A stretch of DNA of 23,144 bases from Bacteroidota bacterium (GTDB lineage: Bacteria > Bacteroidota > Ignavibacteria > UBA10030 > UBA8401), in NCBI GenBank assembly GCA_049317705.1, contig JBMOHT010000049.1:1-23144 (forward strand). Direction: 5' to 3'. Numbering within the stretch: position 1 is the stretch's first letter; each line of letters starts with the position of its first letter. This document shows, one piece after another, positions 10,101 through 16,234 of the stretch. The translations under genes were made by a program, and so were the position numbers. Below the pieces are notes generated by a model. The model did no database searches, was not told where the DNA came from, and saw only the letters and a list, made by a program, of their open reading frames with translations.

Positions 10101-12781
10101 TTCTTCCCGAGAAACTGTTCCGGAGGGATATACAGATCGGACTTATTCGTGACACGACAGTCCAAGAAAATACCCGATCGGGTTATACGGAACATCAGAT
10201 CGGGCACGGCATCCACAATAGCCTTATTCTCCTCTTCACTCCGGCGCAGATCCTCTTCGCTACGAAGCCGCTCAGTGATGTCGCGGATCGTCACGATGAT
10301 ACCCTCGGGACCGTGATTGGTGTCGAACAGTGCCGAACAACGGATCTCGGACTGGAACGACTTTCCGTCTTTTTTCAACAATGCCGCTGATACATCGGTC
10401 AATGTCTTTTTTTCAAAGATATGATCGAACACCGCTTTCCCCGTCAACCGGTCATCCTCCGTGAACAGGTCCAGAGCACTCAATCCGAGCATCTCATCAT
10501 TGGAACCGTAACCGAACAGCTTCATACACTCGAAATTCACCAACGCGAGAGAGCCGGCTTTATCGAAGAATGCAATGGCATCCGGAGAGGATTCGATCAA
10601 CGCTCTGTTGCGTTCCTCGATCTGATGGAGGAGCTGTTCGGTCTTTTTTCGTTCCGTAATGTCGCGGGTAACGCCGATAATAACACTCTTATTATTCCAT
10701 GTTCCCAATGCGATACTGGTTTCCACATCGATGCGGTGACCGGATTTGGATATCAATGGGACGGGGCAATACTTCGTTTGTCCCGCGATCATCTCCCCCA
10801 CGATCCTCAATGCTTCCTCCCTCCGTTCGGGAACATGCAACTCGATAACATTCATCGTCCGGAGTTCTTCGATGGAAAATCCCAGCCGTTCCAGCACCAC
10901 TTTGTTCACCTCGAGAATCGTACCTTTTTCGTCCAGCACGAACATAAAATCGTTGATCGAATTGAACAACGCATTGACATTCCTCTGATTCTGGCGAAGG
11001 GATTCTTCGATGCGTTGAGAATAGATCGCTTTTCCGATCTCTTCCGCGATCGAATTCAGGATCCTTCGATCGTCGGGAGTGAACGGACGATACCGTTTCG
11101 TAGCGATATTGATCGAACCACCGACGGATTTGCCGACAAAGAACGGAATGATAGCGGCCGACGTGAATCCGAACTTTTTTCCTTTCGTCGTCTCGGAGTA
11201 TATCGGCTGCCCCTTGATAAGCACCGTTGTGTACGGTTCAGCGGTCAACGGAATTACTGAGACCTCCTTGATGAATTCTTCGGGAAGGTTGATGGATGTA
11301 TGAAGGACGCCGGAGTTCTTTTCGCGATCGATGAGATAGATACCTCCGCCGTCGAAACTGAACAGATTCAGTGTCAATTCAAGATAACGATGCAGCAGAT
11401 CGGCGGACGACGACGTATGTTCGAGTGTATCGTTAAGGACGGTGGCAAATTCGATCCTTTCGGAAAGAAGACGGTATTTATATTCGATCTCTTTCGGTTC
11501 TGAAATGTCCGAGCAGGAACCGATGAATCCGAAAAATTCGTTCGTCGGAGAATACTTCGGAACAGCATTGATCTGGATCCACCGATAGGAGCCGTCATAC
11601 CTCAGCAGGCGAATCTGAATGTTCATTGGTCTTCGCGCTTCAAAGCAGGAATGAAATACCTGTTCGAAATTCTCTTTGTCGCCCAATTGAATGGAACCGA
11701 ACCATCCATCCTCACATTCCTGTGCGAACGAATGTCCGGTAAAATCGAGCCAGCTCTTATTGAAGAAGTTAAATTTCTGCGACTGATCGGTCATCCACAT
11801 CATCACCGGAACACTCTCAACCACACTATGAAAAAGGTTCTCGCTCTCCAGTAATTGTTTATCCTGTCTGAACCGTTCAATGGCATTGATGATCGAGTCA
11901 CCAAGAAGACGGAGCAGGTCCATCGTTTCGTCAATAAATGTCCGTTCTTCCTTTACAGCATCGAAACCGATAAAGCCGACAAGACGCGATGCATAGATGA
12001 GCGGAACCACTGCGAGTGATTTGATCATCTGAGGTTCGAGGATCTCCCTCTCCGCCACCGCTTCCGGCGGAAGTTCGTCGAGTGACCTCAGCGCAATATT
12101 CTCGAACCGTTTCATCTTCCCCATCCACCACGGCAAGATCTCCGCGGGAATGCCCTGCAGATTTTCGATCTGCGGATCTATGCCATGTGCACACCATTCA
12201 TGAGTATTGTCCATGACCGTATCGTTCATGCTCAGCATAAAAATATATGAACGGTCGACATGCATCAGATCACCAATTTCGGCGAGACCAGAATTGATCT
12301 GACGGTTCAGGTCCTGAGATGATACAAGGATGAAATCTTTCGAAATACGCGAGATGGTCGCATGCAGAGTTTTATGGAACGAGACCAGCTGTTTGGCTCG
12401 GGCGTCCTCCGTGATATCCAGGAAGATCACCATGATATGATTCGTATTCCTGTCGGGAATAGTACGGATCTCGAAGATGCAGGGGTGCGTATCGACGGGG
12501 ATCTCTACGATCAGTTTATCCGATGAATCCTTTCTGTCTGTATTGACGATCAGATCTTTGATCTTTGAAGCAAGTGTAGCGGGGAAGATCTTATCCAGCG
12601 GGAGCCCGATGAGTTGTTGAAGTTGTGACTGAACGGTATCATTTTTTCCTGTAAAATACGTCCTGAGATATCCTTGAACGTCGAACCACGTTATGATCTC
12701 GGATATCCGTTGAAATTCTTTGAAAAAAATATATTCTACCGATGAGATAGACTTTCGTGCTTTAAAAATACTGTCCGCCAT
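7184..12781 (-). CDS. 1865-aa hybrid sensor histidine kinase: about 9 PAS and 2 GAF domains, HisKA, HATPase_c, C-terminal REC
   Basis: Repeated PAS/PAC blocks ending in DITERK/DITDRK-type motifs; two GAF-like regions; H-box RLESIGTLASGIAHDMNNIL; N-box NLCVNARDA; G1 DSGIGI; G2 GTGLGL; REC (LLVDDEE, VVILDVMMPHMDG, IIMMSG, NFITKPF). Confidence 0.95.
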   Translation of the reverse strand: MADSIFKARKSISSVEYIFFKEFQRISEIITWFDVQGYLRTYFTGKNDTVQSQLQQLIGLPLDKIFPATLASKIKDLIVNTDRKDSSDKLIVEIPVDTHPCIFEIRTIPDRNTNHIMVIFLDITEDARAKQLVSFHKTLHATISRISKDFILVSSQDLNRQINSGLAEIGDLMHVDRSYIFMLSMNDTVMDNTHEWCAHGIDPQIENLQGIPAEILPWWMGKMKRFENIALRSLDELPPEAVAEREILEPQMIKSLAVVPLIYASRLVGFIGFDAVKEERTFIDETMDLLRLLGDSIINAIERFRQDKQLLESENLFHSVVESVPVMMWMTDQSQKFNFFNKSWLDFTGHSFAQECEDGWFGSIQLGDKENFEQVFHSCFEARRPMNIQIRLLRYDGSYRWIQINAVPKYSPTNEFFGFIGSCSDISEPKEIEYKYRLLSERIEFATVLNDTLEHTSSSADLLHRYLELTLNLFSFDGGGIYLIDREKNSGVLHTSINLPEEFIKEVSVIPLTAEPYTTVLIKGQPIYSETTKGKKFGFTSAAIIPFFVGKSVGGSINIATKRYRPFTPDDRRILNSIAEEIGKAIYSQRIEESLRQNQRNVNALFNSINDFMFVLDEKGTILEVNKVVLERLGFSIEELRTMNVIELHVPERREEALRIVGEMIAGQTKYCPVPLISKSGHRIDVETSIALGTWNNKSVIIGVTRDITERKKTEQLLHQIEERNRALIESSPDAIAFFDKAGSLALVNFECMKLFGYGSNDEMLGLSALDLFTEDDRLTGKAVFDHIFEKKTLTDVSAALLKKDGKSFQSEIRCSALFDTNHGPEGIIVTIRDITERLRSEEDLRRSEEENKAIVDAVPDLMFRITRSGIFLDCRVTNKSDLYIPPEQFLGKNIKDILPPHISDQAIASMERSFISKSMELFEYSLPMADGLRYFEDRLIALSNNEALSIIRDITDRKRAELALHENEQRLKFAFEASNDGMYDWNIEESTLFLSQRWKEMIGIENDEVSDNLSEWKDRVHPLDVDETLKKVERHINGETESYASEHRMIRKDSSIIWTLDRGKIVERNAKGMPLRMIGTLSDITQRVESEQQIKKMSVAIEQSFAMIVITDQHGTIQYVNPHFSEVTGYSQGELLGKNMRVMKSGQTSPELYSDMWKTITEGIVWQGEVINRKKNGEIYIEYDIISPIKNSLGFIENFIAIKQDITERRKNEAALEWNASLLQMMATSSPLGFLVVDNRDDRILYFNRRFCELWGITHLEEKMRTGAMKNNDIIPYCIPILEDPAAFAETCVPLQDPSNTAVLEDEIQFKSNSTIRRFSTQIVGEHGQYFGRFYIFEDITTQKQAEQLLKEREQLTTQRLTLAEGRIKDMSFYLDQASDAIVVTDLDESIVYTNDSVEQLYGYSKDELNSKALSGFFFNVSSGQNESFEMIKSGMNWEQDQEHKTKSKGNIWVHIRATIITDDSTGTRSVLYVISDITKSRQMQDQASHSQRLESIGTLASGIAHDMNNILGPILISLSYFDRVLMDDKSREINKMLKSNILRGSDLIKQILGFSRVNQQDTMVVQMKHIIRELERLINETFPKMIRAEFFPSRELFPILANPTQMHQVLLNLCVNARDAMPAGGRLEIRADNVILDEMSTHINIDAKVGPYCRITVADSGIGIPSAIIKKIYDPFFTTKEVGKGTGLGLFNVAAIIKAHKGFIVLESEVGMGTTFQIFLPATTSANINSIIEKSGDFPSGNGETILLVDDEEVIRNISKATLEDYHYKVITASNGAEALGIYASNKSEIKVVILDVMMPHMDGPSTVRAIRTMNENPHIIMMSGIHANVKVMDELGLPRENFITKPFMIDTLLKLMHQLLQP

Positions 12782-13037
12782 ACCGTCCTTAAAGTAATCA
12801 ATGATCTATTCGATCATAACTACCTCAATTTTTGAGCCACAATTATTACGGTGGAAATTGTGAAAAAACGGTGTCACCGTGTCGCCAAACATTGTCATTT
12901 GTCCACACATGTTTACATAATGACAATTGGTGTATAGTGTTCATTCGGGATATGATTGTCCGTTTACAAGACAATACATCGGAGGAAGGGAGAGCAAATA
13001 CGAAGAGAGTGACTGACCAGTTCCGTTGACGACCGAT

Positions 13038-13439
13038 TCAGTGAACCGATATTCCTTCCGGCAGCAGAAGCAGTTCGTGTCGCAAAAAATCCATCAGCAT
13101 TGATTTATCGAAGTAGGTATCCGCACCGGCCTCAAGAGCGAAATCCGCATAAAGTGCTCCCTCATAGAATGACGAAACGGCGATCCTGCCGGTGTAGGAC
13201 TGTTGACGGAGCAGTTTCACTACATCGACCAGATGCATCCCCTCGATGGAGAAGTCGATGATCAGAAGTTCGGGTGAATGTTCGGTGCAATACTGCAGCA
13301 GTTTGTCCGCGCAATGCATCGGGATCCACAGTATGTCCGAATAGAGATCATTCAGGATAGGATCGATCCGTTCGAGGAACCATGAGTTTCCGTCCGCGAT
13401 CACGACTGAATGCCGGTGTGTGTTTTGTTGTGCGTACAT
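13038..13439 (-). CDS. Stand-alone receiver-like protein (133 aa)
   Basis: VVIADGNSW, SPELLIIDFSIEGM, RIAVSSF, GADTYFDKS at REC motif positions. Confidence 0.75.
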   Translation of the reverse strand: MYAQQNTHRHSVVIADGNSWFLERIDPILNDLYSDILWIPMHCADKLLQYCTEHSPELLIIDFSIEGMHLVDVVKLLRQQSYTGRIAVSSFYEGALYADFALEAGADTYFDKSMLMDFLRHELLLLPEGISVH

Positions 13440-13442
13440 TTG

Positions 13443-14657
13443 TCACTCCATACGGTTATGTTTAACGGACCGAAGTTCTTCCGGTCTATCCTTTGAAAGA
13501 AGCGGAATGAGGATGGAGACTGTGGTTCCATTGTTCACACTTGAATCGAACGTAATGATCCCAGCGTGGACATCTACGATCAGTTTGATGAGAGATAATC
13601 CGAGCCCCATACCGTGCTGCTGCATCGATTTCTTGTTGAACTGCATAAACTGTCCGATCTCTTCCAACTGCGGCTGCGACATACCGCAACCGTTATCCTT
13701 CACCGTGATGCGCACGACCGGACCCTCGCATTTTACCTGAAGTGAGATGAGACTGTCTTCCGGAGAGAATTTCAGTGCATTGTCCACGACCTCACTGATA
13801 ACCTTCTCCAGGTATTCCGCGGAGATGCAGATATTGGAGTCAAGATCGATCGTGGTGGTAAGACAATGTTCCCGAACATATTTTCGTGCGGTATTCCGTG
13901 CGACACTCTCGATGAGCAAACCCGCATCGTACTGGAGTTTTTCCTTTGAGAATTTCGCAATGACATTCTGATGCGTGAGAAGATAAGTATAGATTGAGAT
14001 TTTTTCGAAGATGGCTTGAAGCTGGCTTGCCCCTTTCGAAATGGAAGAACCGATACGTTTCAGTTTATGCTGGTCGATATCCTTCGTCAGTTCCGTGAGA
14101 ATGAATGAGTTTCCCGAAATAATATGGAGCGGATTGTATAGTTCGGACGGGAACACCTTCTGGATACTCTCCCGGAGTGTATCCAGGCGCTCCTCGGCAT
14201 ATTTTTTGATACGCATCAGGCGCTCTTCCTGGGCATAGAACACATTAATGAGATCCTCCACGGCAAACGGCTTCTCAAGAATATCCTCCGCACCGAGCCA
14301 CATAGCCCTCCGCACAACGAACGTATCAACTAATCCGGACATGAGAATGAACGGCACCATGGAATATCTTTCGTTGACATGGATCTCCTGAAGCAGATCA
14401 AAACCGCTTTTTCCATCCATGTGGATATCGCAGAGGATCAGGTCGATCTTCTTGTCGTGATACTCATCGAGGGAATTCTTGCCGTTGCTCAGAAAGACGA
14501 CATATTTACGCTCGATGAGTTCCAACTCCAGCGACTTCAGCCAAAATTCGTCATCATCGATAATCAAAATATTATTGATCAATCTTGTCTCCGTAGAGAA
14601 TCGATGCTCCATCTGGACAGATGGTTCGTGCTTCAAGGGAAGAAATTGAGAGATCAT
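13443..14657 (-). CDS. REC - HATPase_c protein lacking the H-box histidine
   Basis: REC (ILIIDDDEFW, LILCDIHMDGKSG, FILMSG, GAEDILEKPF); H-box region KVFPSELYNPLHIISG; N-box EVVDNALKFS; G1 DNGCGM; G2 GMGLGLSLIK. Confidence 0.88.
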   Translation of the reverse strand: MISQFLPLKHEPSVQMEHRFSTETRLINNILIIDDDEFWLKSLELELIERKYVVFLSNGKNSLDEYHDKKIDLILCDIHMDGKSGFDLLQEIHVNERYSMVPFILMSGLVDTFVVRRAMWLGAEDILEKPFAVEDLINVFYAQEERLMRIKKYAEERLDTLRESIQKVFPSELYNPLHIISGNSFILTELTKDIDQHKLKRIGSSISKGASQLQAIFEKISIYTYLLTHQNVIAKFSKEKLQYDAGLLIESVARNTARKYVREHCLTTTIDLDSNICISAEYLEKVISEVVDNALKFSPEDSLISLQVKCEGPVVRITVKDNGCGMSQPQLEEIGQFMQFNKKSMQQHGMGLGLSLIKLIVDVHAGIITFDSSVNNGTTVSILIPLLSKDRPEELRSVKHNRME

Positions 14658-15127
14658 ATATACCTATCGATTGAATGGTGTTCCGGAGTGGTTGCATGAT
14701 ACATATTTACGTGATGCGTTTGCTCCGGGACAGTCTGTGTGCGTATGTATTCCATGAGTAGTTGAATCCGTTCGATCACATCGCTTTTGCGGAGGAACCG
14801 AACGTATGAAAAATGTTCCTGTGAATTGAGTGCCTCGTTGGGTTCATCGAGTAAAAGAATGAACTGCAGATCGGGATGGTATCTCCTCAATTCATAAGAC
14901 TTATTGAGGATCCTTTTGATGTTTTCCGAACCTTCCAGCATGATCATGGAGACTTTCTTCTGCTGGAGCCGGGGCATAGCCGCGATGAGCATATCCGCTG
15001 TCATCTCTTCCGCCGTCATGTTCACAAATTTAAAGAACCGTTCGAGCGGATAGTTCAGGTCGTTATCACTGCAGACAACAATTACATTATCCGTGAACTC
15101 ATTTTCTCTTAATATTTGATTTTTCAT
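14654..15127 (-). CDS. Small pseudo-receiver-like protein (157 aa), function unknown
   Basis: ATGA overlap with the downstream REC-HATPase gene; REC-like alternation (NVIVVCSDND, KVSMIMLEGS, QFILLLDE, YVRFLRKSD) but Glu where the phospho-Asp would be. Confidence 0.5.
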   Translation of the reverse strand: MKNQILRENEFTDNVIVVCSDNDLNYPLERFFKFVNMTAEEMTADMLIAAMPRLQQKKVSMIMLEGSENIKRILNKSYELRRYHPDLQFILLLDEPNEALNSQEHFSYVRFLRKSDVIERIQLLMEYIRTQTVPEQTHHVNMYHATTPEHHSIDRYI

Positions 15128-15304
15128 TTTATGTTCCCCATGCGAACATGAAGTTCAACACCTATCTCTGACCACACCATATCCAAACAATATGCCAATC
15201 GATAATCACGATTTTGCCTTGGTTTTTGGTACTTTTATATCCTGGTCCGATAATTCGGGAAACGTTCGTTTCGTTCGGTGAACTTTCATTTCCCTGTATT
15301 GCCG

Positions 15305-15316
15305 GTGTTCGAACAC
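15305..15316. promoter_or_regulatory. Perfect 12-bp palindrome GTGTTCGAACAC, possible operator
   Basis: Lies just beyond the stop codon of the MerR-like regulator gene; a related ATGTTC-N7-GAACAT repeat is at 15131-15149, just upstream of the next gene. Confidence 0.3.
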
Positions 15317-15326
15317 GCACACAAGA

Positions 15327-16187
15327 TCATTCCAATACGGCAGGTTCCATCTGCCGGCAGGTGATCCGTACATTCTCAAGGTCAATGTCCTGTTCCGCGA
15401 ATGATTCCAACGTTCCGCACAGAAACAGCATATCGCGGTCCTCTGCGATCCGTTCCAGCGCGTTGATATCACTCCGCATTGTTCCACTATTCAGTGAATG
15501 TTTCATGATGCAGAGCATCATATTCGAACTGCTTCTGGCGATCCATTGTTCAACTGCGGGCCACGAAGGCACCAGTCCGAGATTCACCACCAGATACCCG
15601 GAGGTATCGAACTTCGATTCAAGAATTCTGAGCTGATGTTCAAGGGTTTGTTCGAACGTGAAGATAACGACAACGGAATTCTTCGAACTTTGCCGGTCCA
15701 TACGGTCACAAAAAGAAGTGAACGCGTTGCTGATGGAATTCTTTGCAATTCTTCCTTGCGATGTGTCGATCGTGCCGAATCCCTCCATCCGATCCAATTT
15801 CTTCAGTACAGGTACGACTACTTCCATAAGGATATCCTTTTGAAGCAGATCCCCGTTGTAGAGAAGGATAAGGAGGTCCAAGATCTCCGGCTTGTTGCCG
15901 CGCAGCGCCGAAGCGAACAAGACCGAGCGGAATGTATTGAGTTCATTCCTTCGTACCATGTCCCGGATGACCGCAGAATCGCCGTTTGATATATGTTCAT
16001 TTCCCTTCGGTCCTGAACGGTGGCTCTGCTTCGCAGCAAATTCCACTATGTGGGAGTAGGAAAATTTGCGGTGATGCCCGACCGTGCAGATACAACTGAT
16101 CTTTCCGCTGTCGGACCAGCGTTTGACGGTGGACTTGCTCACATTCAGCATCTTTGCGACCTCTTCGGTCGTCATATTCTTCTGCAT
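15327..16187 (-). CDS. MerR-type HTH regulator with CarH/LitR-like C-terminal region (degenerate B12-binding-like fold)
   Basis: N-terminal MTTEEVAKMLNVSKSTVKRWSDSGKISCICTVGHHRKFSYSHI is MerR/excisionase-type HTH. It is followed by a helical cap-like segment and VVVIFTFEQTLEHQLRILESKFDTSGYLVVNLGLVPSWPAVEQWI, which resembles the B12-binding domain pattern (x-D-x-H-x-x-G ... GyxVxxLGxxvP) without its key residues. Confidence 0.7.
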   Translation of the reverse strand: MQKNMTTEEVAKMLNVSKSTVKRWSDSGKISCICTVGHHRKFSYSHIVEFAAKQSHRSGPKGNEHISNGDSAVIRDMVRRNELNTFRSVLFASALRGNKPEILDLLILLYNGDLLQKDILMEVVVPVLKKLDRMEGFGTIDTSQGRIAKNSISNAFTSFCDRMDRQSSKNSVVVIFTFEQTLEHQLRILESKFDTSGYLVVNLGLVPSWPAVEQWIARSSSNMMLCIMKHSLNSGTMRSDINALERIAEDRDMLFLCGTLESFAEQDIDLENVRITCRQMEPAVLE

Positions 16188-16234
16188 AATTATTTCATTC
16201 TTTCGTGGCCGAGTGAGGCGATCAGTTTCTGTGA

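Noticed and set aside
15327-16187. Functional B12-dependent photoreceptor (CarH)
   Set aside because: The cobalamin-ligating His motif is not present at the expected position; only the architecture is similar.
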